A stretch of 46,829 bases of DNA, taken from assembly GCA_024276745.1 (NCBI GenBank), contig JAJRWN010000093.1:1-46829 (forward strand). The letters run 5' to 3'. Below are positions 8,399 through 19,500 of the stretch, piece after piece. The DNA is from Bacteroidota bacterium (GTDB lineage: Bacteria > Bacteroidota > Bacteroidia > Chitinophagales > S012-47). Positions within the stretch are counted from its first letter, which is position 1; each line of letters starts with the position of its first letter. The position numbers and the translations under genes are program-made. A model generated the notes under the pieces. The model had not been told where the DNA came from and made no database searches. It saw only the letters and a program-made list of their open reading frames with translations.

Positions 8399-9766
8399 AT
8401 GGAATCACTGCAAAAATATTTTGAGAAACATAAAGAAAGATTTCTGAAGGAACTCATTGAATGGCTCAGCATTCCTTCGGTGAGTGCCGACCAAAAATTT
8501 AAAGACGATGTTTTTGAAGCTGCAGAATTTGCTCAAAAAAAGCTTTTGGCAGCCGGTGTTGATCGTGCCGAAGTTTGTCCAACAAATGGTTATCCCATTG
8601 TTTACGCTGAAAAAATTATAGATAAAAATTTACCGACTGTATTAATTTACGGTCATTATGATGTTCAACCTGCCGATCCTTACGAATTATGGGATTCACC
8701 TCCATTTGACCCTATTATAAAAGATGAGATTATCTATGCACGTGGTTCAAGCGATGACAAAGGCCAGATATATATGCATATAAAAGCATTGGAATGTATG
8801 AATGCCGGAGGAAGTATTCCATGCAATTTAAAATTTATGATAGAAGGAGAAGAAGAAGTAGGCTCTGAAAATTTGGGAACCTTTATTAGCAATAATAAAA
8901 AAAAGCTGGCCGCTGATGTAGTACTAATCTCAGATACCAGTATGTTGTCAAATGATATCCCATCCATTACCACCGGATTGCGCGGATTAAGCTATATGCA
9001 AGTAGAAATAACCGGGCCTAATCGTGATTTGCATAGTGGTGTATATGGAGGCAGTGTAGCAAATCCTGTAAATGTTCTATGCAACATGATTGCTTCACTT
9101 GTTGATGGCAATGGCCGCATAACAATACCCGGATTTTATGATCATGTAAAGGAAGTATCTGCTGCAGAAAGAGCAGAGATGGCAAAAGCACCTTTTGATT
9201 TGGATGATTACAAACGTGAACTGGGTGTACAAGCGGTTTCAGGTGAAGCAGGATATTCTTCTGTTGAACGTACTTCCATCAGGCCATCTCTTGATGTAAA
9301 TGGTATTTGGGGAGGTTATACTGCCGAAGGTGCCAAAACGGTATTACCCTCAAAAGCTTATGCCAAAATCAGTATGAGATTGGTACCTGAGCAAAATAGT
9401 GAACGGATTGCACAGTTATTTACCGATCATATTCATAATATAGCACCGGAAACCGTTCAGGTTAAGGTGATTTCCATGCACGGAGGAGAGGCGGTTGTTA
9501 CCCCTATCGATTCGATAGCATATAAAGCGGCCAGTATGGCTTTCAAGCAAACTTTTGGCAAAGCTCCTGTTCCTGTACGTTCGGGCGGAAGTATCCCTAT
9601 TGTAGCTTTGTTTGAAAAAGAACTGGGACTGAAAACCATCTTAATGGGCTTCGGTCTCGATAGCGATAATATTCATTCGCCTAATGAACATTTTGGCGTA
9701 TTTAATTTTTATAAAGGTATCGAAACCATACCCTGGTTTTATAAGTTTTATGCAGAAATGAAGTAA
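8399..9766 (+). CDS. M20-family metallo-dipeptidase (start revised to the ATG at 8399)
   Basis: YGHYDVQP, ARGSSDDKG, EGEEEVGS, DLHSG and HSPNE motifs; the TATATTTG -7 element at 8373-8380 argues against the longer 8354 start. Confidence 0.93.
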   Translation: MESLQKYFEKHKERFLKELIEWLSIPSVSADQKFKDDVFEAAEFAQKKLLAAGVDRAEVCPTNGYPIVYAEKIIDKNLPTVLIYGHYDVQPADPYELWDSPPFDPIIKDEIIYARGSSDDKGQIYMHIKALECMNAGGSIPCNLKFMIEGEEEVGSENLGTFISNNKKKLAADVVLISDTSMLSNDIPSITTGLRGLSYMQVEITGPNRDLHSGVYGGSVANPVNVLCNMIASLVDGNGRITIPGFYDHVKEVSAAERAEMAKAPFDLDDYKRELGVQAVSGEAGYSSVERTSIRPSLDVNGIWGGYTAEGAKTVLPSKAYAKISMRLVPEQNSERIAQLFTDHIHNIAPETVQVKVISMHGGEAVVTPIDSIAYKAASMAFKQTFGKAPVPVRSGGSIPIVALFEKELGLKTILMGFGLDSDNIHSPNEHFGVFNFYKGIETIPWFYKFYAEMK

Positions 9767-9769
9767 CTA

Positions 9770-10315
9770 TCAGGGATAAATAAAACGACCCGAAATCATA
9801 AATTCTTCCTCTTTACCTATGCTTGTTTTTTCTTTGGTTTTGATGCGGTAATATTGTTTAGGATAATATTTAAGCACGCTTATGCTACGGTAAACCAAAT
9901 TCTCTTTTACAATATTTATTTCAAGACTAATAATTTTATTTCTTCTACTGATAATTTTCATAGATTTTACCGGAATATTATCATTTGTTGTGGTAAACAA
10001 AACCTTAACTCTTCCGTGATTTACATACTGCGAATCTACCCGATAATAGTTCAAACGGGAAGTATTGCTGATATCAGCCTCAATAAAAGCTTGCAATTCT
10101 TTTTTCCAATCGGGCTTTTCGATGAGCACCGAATCGCTGACTTGACCAACCGAACCTGTTTTTAATAATGGTATCTGTTCATATTCCAAACTGTCAATTT
10201 GATTTTCAATAAACTTCGTAATCGAAAAATTAAGTGTTTCCGGTTTATCAGATGATACCTTATAGTGGCAAGCACTAACAGATACAAAAAACAGCATTAA
10301 AAAATAAAACCTCAT
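9770..10315 (-). CDS. Hypothetical lipoprotein
   Basis: Lipobox VSAC; starts 2 nt after the gpmI stop. Confidence 0.65.
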   Translation of the reverse strand: MRFYFLMLFFVSVSACHYKVSSDKPETLNFSITKFIENQIDSLEYEQIPLLKTGSVGQVSDSVLIEKPDWKKELQAFIEADISNTSRLNYYRVDSQYVNHGRVKVLFTTTNDNIPVKSMKIISRRNKIISLEINIVKENLVYRSISVLKYYPKQYYRIKTKEKTSIGKEEEFMISGRFIYP

Positions 10316-10317
10316 CG

Positions 10318-11841
10318 TTAAAAAAGACTTTTCCCGGTCATTTCAGGGGCTTGTTCAATGTTCATCATCTTCAGCAATGTTGGAGCTACATCTGATAATA
10401 CACCCTTTTGCAGTTCAGGTTTTAAAGTTTGATCAATCAAAATCATTGGAACAGGATTCAAGGAATGAGCCGTATTGGGGCTTCCGTCAGGATTGATTAA
10501 ATAATCTGAATTCCCATGATCAGCAAGAATGATAATCGCATAATCTTTTTCCAGTGCTGCCGGTATGATCTCCTGCAAACAATGATCTACTGTTTCGCAG
10601 GCTTTCATGGCAGCCTTAAACACACCGGTATGCCCGACCATATCGGCATTGGCAAAGTTCAGACATATAAAGTCCGGTTCATTGGTTTTTATTTCTTTCA
10701 AAAGCGCATCTTTTACCTGAAAAGCACTCATTTCAGGTTGCAAATCATAAGTTGCTACTTTAGGTGAAGGTATCATGACCCTTTTTTCACCCTTGAAAGG
10801 TTTTTCTCTGCCTCCCGAAAAGAAAAAAGTAACATGAGGATATTTTTCCGTTTCGGCAATTCTGAGCTGTGTATATCCAAGATTTGATAAATATTCACCG
10901 ATTGTCATCGCTACATGTTCGTTGTCGTAAACAATATGCATGTTTTTGAATTGTTCATCATAATTAGTCATTATCACGGTATACAGATTTAGTTTCTTCA
11001 TATTGAATTCCGGAAAATCGTGTTGTGTCAATGCATCAATGATTTGTCTTGGACGGTCGGTTCTGAAATTAAAAAAGAAAATCACATCGTCTGCTTTAAC
11101 GGAGCCAAGGGCTTTGCCCGAATCATCAACCTTAATCATGGGTTGCAGAAATTCATCTGTGATACCGGCATCGTAAGCATCCTGAATGCCAGCCGTAAAA
11201 TCTTTTACCGGCCGGCCATTTCCTCTTACCATCATACGGTAAGCAGTAGAAGTTCGCTCCCAGCGTTTGTCCCTGTCCATGGCATAGTATCGCCCGACAA
11301 CAGAAGCAAGTTGTCCATGAGTATTTTCCAAATAGCTTTCTAATTGTTTGATAAACTGCAAACCACTTTTAGGATCGGTATCGCGACCATCTGTAAAAGC
11401 ATGTATAAAAAATTGTTGAATACCGGCCTTTTCTGCAATCTCAATCAATGCTTTCAAATGCAGTATATGCGAATGTACACCACCGTCAGAAACCAAACCC
11501 ATAAAGTGAACCGGTTTATGATTCTTCAATGCATAATCGAATGCGTCTATTACCACCGGATTGTGTTCCAACTGATGATTTTCCACTTCCCGGTTGATTC
11601 TTAGCAATTCCTGGTAAACAATGCGACCGGCCCCTAAATTAAGATGACCCACCTCTGAATTTCCCATTTGCCCCTTTGGTAATCCAACATTTTCGCCATC
11701 GGTTAGTAGTTCTGTATGCGGATATTTTTTTAACAAGGAATCAATATAAGGCGTATTGGCATTATAAATTGCATCGCTTTGATCTTCCTTTCCATGGCCC
11801 CAGCCATCGAGTATCATCAAAAAAGATTTTTTATTTTTCAT
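10318..11841 (-). CDS. gpmI: 2,3-bisphosphoglycerate-independent phosphoglycerate mutase
   Basis: ILDGWG, MGNSEVGH, GRYYAMDRD, AETEKYPHVTFFF, DMVGHTG and ADHGN motifs. Confidence 0.97.
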   Translation of the reverse strand: MKNKKSFLMILDGWGHGKEDQSDAIYNANTPYIDSLLKKYPHTELLTDGENVGLPKGQMGNSEVGHLNLGAGRIVYQELLRINREVENHQLEHNPVVIDAFDYALKNHKPVHFMGLVSDGGVHSHILHLKALIEIAEKAGIQQFFIHAFTDGRDTDPKSGLQFIKQLESYLENTHGQLASVVGRYYAMDRDKRWERTSTAYRMMVRGNGRPVKDFTAGIQDAYDAGITDEFLQPMIKVDDSGKALGSVKADDVIFFFNFRTDRPRQIIDALTQHDFPEFNMKKLNLYTVIMTNYDEQFKNMHIVYDNEHVAMTIGEYLSNLGYTQLRIAETEKYPHVTFFFSGGREKPFKGEKRVMIPSPKVATYDLQPEMSAFQVKDALLKEIKTNEPDFICLNFANADMVGHTGVFKAAMKACETVDHCLQEIIPAALEKDYAIIILADHGNSDYLINPDGSPNTAHSLNPVPMILIDQTLKPELQKGVLSDVAPTLLKMMNIEQAPEMTGKSLF

Positions 11842-11945
11842 TTTACAAAATTAGGTTTATGCGCGATAATACTTAAATTTGGTCTTTTCAATCTAATAGT
11901 TTGCTTTTGGCATAATATTCGTTATCTGTTATCAAACTGAATTGT

Positions 11946-12347
11946 ATGAAAACTATACTCAAACGAGTCATTTTTAGTTCATTTCTTCTTATCGGTAATT
12001 CATTATTTGGCCAACAAATACCGGCCTATATGAATCAAATAAAAGCAGCCATTCAAGCCGGAAATGCTACGGAACTGGCTCGTTATTTTGATAGTCAGGT
12101 TGAATTAACCATTCTGGATAACGAAAATGGATATAGCAAAGTACAAGCAGTGGAAGTTGTAAAAAACTTCTTCAATAAACATCCGGTCACCACATTCAGG
12201 ATTATGCATCATAGTACTACCGGAGGCAATGCAGAATATGCCATTGGAACTTTGCAAACGACAAAAGGAACATTCAGAACCTACATTTTATTAAAGAATG
12301 TTGACAAACAAATGCTTATACAGCAATTAAAATTTACCGAAGACTAA
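11946..12347 (+). CDS. DUF4783 family exported protein
   Basis: Signal peptide; GNATELARYFD...YSKVQA...FFNKHP...YAIGTL pattern; usual position upstream of nadC. Confidence 0.8.
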   Translation: MKTILKRVIFSSFLLIGNSLFGQQIPAYMNQIKAAIQAGNATELARYFDSQVELTILDNENGYSKVQAVEVVKNFFNKHPVTTFRIMHHSTTGGNAEYAIGTLQTTKGTFRTYILLKNVDKQMLIQQLKFTED

Positions 12348-12354
12348 AATTTAT

Positions 12355-13203
12355 ATGACTTTTAATTCTAAAGCTTTTATTAAAGCCGCATTGGCAGAAG
12401 ATATCGGTCAGGGCGATTTTACTTCATTGGCATGCATCGATGCTGAAGCACAGGGTACTGCTAAAATGCTAGCAAAAGATACCGGAATCATTGCCGGTAT
12501 CGAACTGGCCGCTATGATTTATAAACAAGTAGATCCCGATATATCTTTCGAGCCTCTTGCTCATGATGGTAAACATGTACGATATGGTAACATTATCTTC
12601 ATGGTAAGCGGTAAACAACAATCATTATTAATGGCCGAACGACTTGTATTAAATTTTATGCAAAGAATGAGTGGTATAGCCACAATGGCCAATTTAATGG
12701 TTAAAACTGTTGAAGATTATGATGTAAGCATTTTGGATACAAGAAAAACCACACCCACTTTAAGATGGTTTGAAAAATGGGCTGCACGTATAGGAGGTGC
12801 ACAAAACCACCGGATGGGTTTATACGATATGGTGATGATAAAAGATAACCATATTGACTATGCCGGTGGCATAGACATTGCCATAAAAAAAGTGCGTGAA
12901 TATTTGAAAAAAAATAAACTGCAGCTGAAAATTGAAATCGAAGCCCGAAGCATTTCCGATGTAAAAAGAATTGTACGCATCGGTTCGGTAGATCGAATCA
13001 TGCTTGATAATATGGACCCGGACCAAATAAAAAGTTGTGTTAAACTTATTAATGGTAAATTTGAAACAGAAGCTTCCGGAAATATTATCATCGAAAATGT
13101 AAAAGAATATGCGGCCAGTGGGGTAAATTATATTTCAAGCGGTTTTATTACACATTCGGCCGGTATTCTCGACCTGAGTATTAAAGCGGTAAAATATGGC
13201 TGA
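12355..13203 (+). CDS. nadC: Nicotinate-nucleotide pyrophosphorylase (carboxylating)
   Basis: EDIGQGD, LDTRKTTP, NHRMGLYD, IKDNH, IMLDN and EASG motifs. Confidence 0.97.
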   Translation: MTFNSKAFIKAALAEDIGQGDFTSLACIDAEAQGTAKMLAKDTGIIAGIELAAMIYKQVDPDISFEPLAHDGKHVRYGNIIFMVSGKQQSLLMAERLVLNFMQRMSGIATMANLMVKTVEDYDVSILDTRKTTPTLRWFEKWAARIGGAQNHRMGLYDMVMIKDNHIDYAGGIDIAIKKVREYLKKNKLQLKIEIEARSISDVKRIVRIGSVDRIMLDNMDPDQIKSCVKLINGKFETEASGNIIIENVKEYAASGVNYISSGFITHSAGILDLSIKAVKYG

Positions 13204-13302
13204 CCCTTTCATGCTTTCCAACATTATTCAATCTTTACTATATTCTTCCATTTTATTATTGCATAAATAGCATGAGAAGTACAATTTTTTAATTTTGCTC
13301 TA

Positions 13303-15216
13303 ATGCAGCTCTCACAATTCCGACATTATATCATTCTTCTAAAACGTTTAGGAATTGTAATGGGCTTATTTACCCTATGCCGGATTTTATTTTTTCTGTT
13401 TAACTATCATTTATTTTCCGATATTACTTTTTTGGAATTCCTGAAAGCAATGGTCTTTGGCTGGCGATTCGACCTCTCGGCCATATTTTATATCAATACC
13501 TTATTTATACTGCTGCATATCGTGCCCAATCCCTGGCGCGATAGAAAAACCTATCAATCGGTATTGAAATTTTTATTTTATGCTATCAACGGCTCTGCCC
13601 TCTTTTTCGAATCAAGCGATTTTATTTATTATGAATTTGCTCAACAACGAACTTCCTCTCATATACTTGGGCTGAAAAACGATATCCTGGGACTTATACC
13701 CCAATTTATATATGATTTCTGGTATGTCCTGTTGATTTGTGCAGCGATAGTTTATCTGATTAATAAACTTTACCGGATAACAGCGACATCAACAGTAATC
13801 GGACCTGCAAAGCAAAACTATTTTATCCAATCCCTGCTGGCCCTGCTTATTGCCGGCATTTGGCTGGTAGCCGGCAGAGGTGGTTTTCAACTAAAACCTA
13901 TTTCACCCATTACGGCTACCAAATATTTTAAGGTAAAAGATGTCTCTCTGATTACCAACACAAGCTTCACGATCATCTATTCTTTATTTCACCGGGAATT
14001 GGAAATACCTCAATATTTCCGGGAAGATCAATTAACTGATGAATTTAATCCCTTGCATCAGTTTGCCCATTCCAATGAATATAGCTGGGCAGATACCCTT
14101 AGAAAAACAGCACATCCGAATATTGTGATTTTGATTTTAGAAAGTTTTTCAAAAGAATATACCGGCTACTTTAATCATGGCAAGGGATATACACCGTTTC
14201 TCGATAGTTTGATGCAACAAAGCATGGTATTTACCCAAGCTTATGCCAATGGAAAACATAGTATTGATGTCTTACCGGCATTAAGCATCGGTCTGCCTGC
14301 TTTAATGAACGATGCTTATATTTCTTCAATCTATTCCACCAACCGGATAGAAGGTCTGGGCGATCAGCTAAAAAGCATTGGATATACTAGCTATTTTATG
14401 CATGGAGGAAATAACGGTACCATGACTTTCGATTATTATGCCGATGCCATTGGATTAGACCATTACCTGGGCAGAAACGAATATAATAATGATCAAGATT
14501 TTGATGGTAACTGGGGTATTTATGATGAGCCGTTTCTTCAATATGCCGCCCATGTGCTTGATACTAGCTCTACTCCTTTTTGCAGCCTGATATTTACCTT
14601 ATCTTCACATCATCCGTTTTCGATTCCCAAAAAATATAAGAATCGCTTTAAAGAAGGTCCTTTGCCCATTATAAAATCGGTAAGATATGCAGATTTTGCA
14701 TTAAAAAAATTCTTCCAAACGGCATCGAAAATGAAATGGTTTGATAATACTTTATTTCTGATAACCCCCGATCATACAGGGCCGTTGATGCGCAATGAAA
14801 ATAAAAACCGGGTAGGAAATTACCGGATTCCCATCATTGCCTATTTGCCCGGATCCTCACTAAAAGGCACCATCAATTATACCGTTCAGCAAACCGATAT
14901 CTACAACACAGTGCTTGAGTTCAGTGGTTATAAAGCCAAGTATCTAAGCTTCGGAAACTCCCTGTTCGATTCTACGGCCTACCGTTTCAGCGTGAGCCAA
15001 ATGGACGATATTTACCAGATAATTCACAATGATTACGCCTTACAATATGACGGGGAACATGTTATTGGGTTTTTCAATTGTGTTGAAGATCCTACACTAA
15101 GCCATAATCTGATGGAAAAACCAATGCCTGTTAAAACCGAAATGCTCCGTAAACTGGAAGCAATCATTCAAACTTACGATGAAATGCTGGTTAAGAATAA
15201 ATACTTTCCCGGATGA
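13303..15216 (+). CDS. LTA synthase/sulfatase-like membrane phosphoglycerol transferase
   Basis: Five N-terminal TM segments, RGG motif, ILILESF, TLSSHHPF, YAD and PDH motifs. Confidence 0.88.
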   Translation: MQLSQFRHYIILLKRLGIVMGLFTLCRILFFLFNYHLFSDITFLEFLKAMVFGWRFDLSAIFYINTLFILLHIVPNPWRDRKTYQSVLKFLFYAINGSALFFESSDFIYYEFAQQRTSSHILGLKNDILGLIPQFIYDFWYVLLICAAIVYLINKLYRITATSTVIGPAKQNYFIQSLLALLIAGIWLVAGRGGFQLKPISPITATKYFKVKDVSLITNTSFTIIYSLFHRELEIPQYFREDQLTDEFNPLHQFAHSNEYSWADTLRKTAHPNIVILILESFSKEYTGYFNHGKGYTPFLDSLMQQSMVFTQAYANGKHSIDVLPALSIGLPALMNDAYISSIYSTNRIEGLGDQLKSIGYTSYFMHGGNNGTMTFDYYADAIGLDHYLGRNEYNNDQDFDGNWGIYDEPFLQYAAHVLDTSSTPFCSLIFTLSSHHPFSIPKKYKNRFKEGPLPIIKSVRYADFALKKFFQTASKMKWFDNTLFLITPDHTGPLMRNENKNRVGNYRIPIIAYLPGSSLKGTINYTVQQTDIYNTVLEFSGYKAKYLSFGNSLFDSTAYRFSVSQMDDIYQIIHNDYALQYDGEHVIGFFNCVEDPTLSHNLMEKPMPVKTEMLRKLEAIIQTYDEMLVKNKYFPG

Positions 15217-16097
15217 GAAAACAAATGCTATTCATCATAAACCCTGTTTCAGGAACCCGGAAATTTCTGAAAAAAAGATTACCTCGCATAATCAAACGGA
15301 TTATTGATACAGAACGTTTTGAATACCAAATCAGATATACACAATATAAAGGTCATGCAGTTGTATTGGCCAAAACTGCTATAGAAGAAGGCATCGGGAT
15401 TATCGTAATGGCCGGTGGAGACGGATCAATCAACGAAGTAGCGAACGTGATAAGAGACTCAAATATCATACTTGGAATTATACCGGTTGGCTCAGGCAAC
15501 GGTTTGGCGCGGCATTTGGGATATACCATGAATGCCCCAAGAACCATAAAAGCCATCAATAAACTCAAAACCGGTAAAATTGATATCTGTAGCTATGACG
15601 AACGGATTTTTTGCTCCAATGCAGGGCTTGGTTTCGATGCTCTGGTCATTCGATTATTTGATACCTCCCGAAACCGGGGTTTCTTCGGCTATGCCTTTTC
15701 GGTACTCAAAGGATTAATTATGTTTCCGGGTATTCAGTACGAAATAAAAGTAAACGATCAGGTTTTGAAAGGTAAAGCTTTTCTGATATCGGCATGCAAC
15801 TCAAATCAGGTAGGATACAACGTAAAACTTGCACCCTATGCAAGTTTGCAAGACGGTTTAATGGATTTATGGATACTCGATAAATTCCCCCGTTGGAAAG
15901 CACCCTTTTTGTTTTTGCGCGTATTACGTAAAACTCATTTTAAAAGTCCTTATTTTAAAAATTATATCAGCAAACGTATAGAAATAAAAACCATAGAAAA
16001 ACAATATTTTCAGGTTGACGGAGAAGCCAGAAACCCTGTTGATTACCTGAATATCTGCGTAATACCAAAAGCATTACAAGTAATTATACCTTCATGA
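15213..16097 (+). CDS. Diacylglycerol kinase-family lipid kinase (YegS/DAGK)
   Basis: IINPVSG, GGDGSINEV, PVGSGNGLAR and QVDGE motifs. Confidence 0.92.
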   Translation: MRKQMLFIINPVSGTRKFLKKRLPRIIKRIIDTERFEYQIRYTQYKGHAVVLAKTAIEEGIGIIVMAGGDGSINEVANVIRDSNIILGIIPVGSGNGLARHLGYTMNAPRTIKAINKLKTGKIDICSYDERIFCSNAGLGFDALVIRLFDTSRNRGFFGYAFSVLKGLIMFPGIQYEIKVNDQVLKGKAFLISACNSNQVGYNVKLAPYASLQDGLMDLWILDKFPRWKAPFLFLRVLRKTHFKSPYFKNYISKRIEIKTIEKQYFQVDGEARNPVDYLNICVIPKALQVIIPS

Positions 16098-16456
16098 TGT
16101 CGAAAAAAAACAAAGGATCCGGAAGACTGCAAAAAGGTGGCTTTGTGTATTCCACCAATCCTGATTTTCAACCCGGAGATCAAGATATGGACCTGGAAGA
16201 AACATTATCTGCAGAGCAACAATTACTATATCTCTCGCTCGACCGGAAACAACGCAAAGGAAAAATAGTAACACTGATTGAAGGATTTATAGGACAAGCA
16301 GAAGACCTTAACTCTTTGGCTAAACAACTAAAAACAAAATGTGGTGTAGGAGGATCGGCAAAAGATTCTGTAATATTATTACAAGGAGATCAACGAAAAA
16401 AAATTGCCGAATGGCTTAGCAGTCAAGGTTTTAAAATAAAAATGAAAGGTGGATAA
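16094..16456 (+). CDS. yciH: SUI1/YciH translation initiation factor
   Basis: VYSTNP, RKGKIVT, LKTKCGVGGSAKD and QGD motifs. Confidence 0.9.
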   Translation: MMSKKNKGSGRLQKGGFVYSTNPDFQPGDQDMDLEETLSAEQQLLYLSLDRKQRKGKIVTLIEGFIGQAEDLNSLAKQLKTKCGVGGSAKDSVILLQGDQRKKIAEWLSSQGFKIKMKGG

Positions 16457-16537
16457 TCAGGTTTTCAACGACTTGTCAATAAATAATCAATTCTACATTT
16501 TTCTGCTAATCATATCCATTGTATATTTCCATCTCTT

Positions 16538-19500
16538 ATGCCAAAACCAACCCACGTTCCGGAATATTGTCATTTGCACAACCACACGCAATACTCACTG
16601 CTTGATGGAGCTGCGAATATCGATTTGCTAATGCAAAAAGCCGTGGAAGACAATATGCCGGCAGTAGCCATCACCGATCACGGCAACATGTTTGGTGCCA
16701 TGAATTTTTATAATTCGGCTATAAAAAATGGCATCAAACCCATTATCGGATGTGAATTTTATTTTGTTCCCGACCGGCATAAGAAAAAATTTGACCGTAT
16801 TAATCGCGATGAAAGATATCACCAGTTGATATTGGCCAAAAATGCAGTAGGCTATAAAAATATCAGTCGATTATCATCCCTCGGATTTATCGAAGGCATG
16901 TATGGCAAATATCCGCGTATAGATTTTGAATTACTTGAAAAATACAATGAAGGGCTTATTGGTACCACTTGCTGTGCAGCCGCAATCGTACCACGCACTT
17001 TTCTTCAAAAAGGACCGGAAGCTGCCGAACAAGCCTTTTTAAAAATGTGGGGCATATTTGGCGATGACTATTACATTGAATTGCAACGGCATGGATCAAA
17101 AACATTTGATGAAGACGGGCTTAATCTGTTTTTAATGAAAATGTCAGAGAAATATCATGTAAAAATGATTGCAACCAATGATGCTCATTATATCAATCAA
17201 GACGATTATCTGGCACATGATGTATTGCTATGTGTTGAAACAGGCTCTGATTTTGATGCACCCAATCGCTTCCGGTTCGAAAACGATCAATTTTATTTTA
17301 AGACCCGGGTGGAGATGTACGAAACATTTCGCGATATACCGGAAGCATTGGAAAACACTATGGAGATTGTAGAGAAGATTAATACTCCAAGCCTCAACCA
17401 TGATATTTTATTACCCAATTATACCCTTCCGGGCGAATTCGAATCTGAATCAAAATACCTGCGATATTTAAGCTATCAAGGAGCTAAAAAACGCTATGGT
17501 GAATTAACTACGGAAATAACAGAAAGGATAGACTACGAGCTTGGTGTGATTGATAAAATGGGCTTTGCAGGATATTTTTTAATTGTTCAAGACTTGATAC
17601 GGGCATCTAAAAAACTAAATGTATGGGTAGGTCCGGGAAGAGGATCGGCAGCCGGTTCGGTAGTAGCTTATTGCACCGGCATTACCAATCTTGATCCAAT
17701 AAAATATCAATTATTGTTTGAACGCTTCCTCAATCCGGAACGGGTAAACATGCCCGATATTGATATAGATTTTGATGATGAAGGTCGATCGAAAGTCATT
17801 GATTACGTGATTGATAAATACGGAAAAAACCAGGTAGCCCAAATCGTAACATTCGGAAGAATGGCAGCCCGCGGATCTATACGGGATGTAGGCCGTGTAT
17901 TGAAATATCCATTAAGCGAAACCGGAAAACTAGCTAAAATGGTGCCCGATGACGTAGGCATGACCTTGGAAAAGGCTGTAAAAGCTAATCCCGATTTACG
18001 AAAAATTAAAGAAGACGGTCATTCGGAAGCATCGAAAGTATTTAAACTGGCACAAAGGCTCGAAGGCAGTTTAAGACAACGGGGCATACATGCAGCAGGC
18101 GTAATCATAGCTCCCGGTGATATCATCAACAGCATACCCGTTTGTACGGCCAAAGATTCCGATCTGCTGGTTACCCAATTTGAAGGAAAACTGGTTGAAT
18201 CGGCCGGAATGCTAAAAATGGATTTTTTGGGATTAAAAACCTTATCGATTCTGAAAGATGCCATAGAAAACATCAAAAAAAGAAATACTAAAGCACCTGA
18301 TCTTGACCGGCTTCCCCTTGATGACAAAAAAACCCTTGAGCTTTTTCAAAAGGCACAAACCATTGGAATATTTCAGTTTGAATCAGATGGTATGCGCAAG
18401 TATCTGAAAGAATTAAAACCTTCAAATCTTGAAGATTTGATTGCCATGAATGCCTTATACCGGCCGGGCCCAATGAAATACATACCGCTCTATATAGAAC
18501 GGAAATCCGGCAAAGCAAAAATTGAATATCCCCATCCATTGCTTGAAGGGATACTCAAAAGTACTTATGGAATCATGGTTTTTCAAGAACAAATCATGCA
18601 AGCTGCTCAAATTATTGCCGGCTTTTCGCTCGGTTCAGCCGATATTCTGAGGAGAGCCATGGGTAAAAAGAAGCAATCCATTATGCAAGAACAAGAGCTT
18701 GTTTTTATCGAAGGAGCCAAAAAGAATGGCCTCGATGAAAAACAAGCCAAAGAAATTTTTGCCATTATGGCTCAGTTTGCAGAATATGGCTTCAATCGTT
18801 CGCACTCGGCCGCTTATGCCTATCTGGCCTATCAAGCCGCTTATTTAAAAGCCAATTATCCGGCAGAATATATGGCTTCGGTGCTTACCCACAACATGAA
18901 CGATACCGCTAAACTTAATTTTTTCCTGAATGAATGCCGGCAAATGGGCATTACTACACTCGGACCCGATATCAACGAAAGTGAAGGAAAATTTATCGTT
19001 AATCAAAAAGGAGAAATCCGTTACGGATTATCGGGTATAAAAGGTTTGGGAGAAGCTGCCGTTGAAAATATTATGCTGGAAAAAGCTGAAAACGGACGAT
19101 TTGAATCATACTATGATTTTGTAAGAAAAGTAAGTTCAAGAGCCTTAAATAAAAAATGTGTCGAAAGCCTGGCCAAAGCAGGTGCATTCGATGGTTTCAA
19201 CATACACAGAGCTCAATTCTTTTTCATTCCTCCGGGCTCAAAATATAATTTAATAGAATCAAGTCTTCAATACGCTCAAAATATCAGAAAACAACAAGAT
19301 AAACATACCCTTTCGTTGTTCGATAACAGCGAAGATGCCGCATTTCAAGACCCCTTGATACCCGATTGCGATGAATGGGATTCTTTTAAATTATTGCAAC
19401 TCGAAAAAGAAGTTACGGGTATCTATCTCTCCGGTGATCCGCTGGAAGCCTTTGAACTGGATATAAAATCTTTCTGCACCCATCCTATTGCTCAACTAAA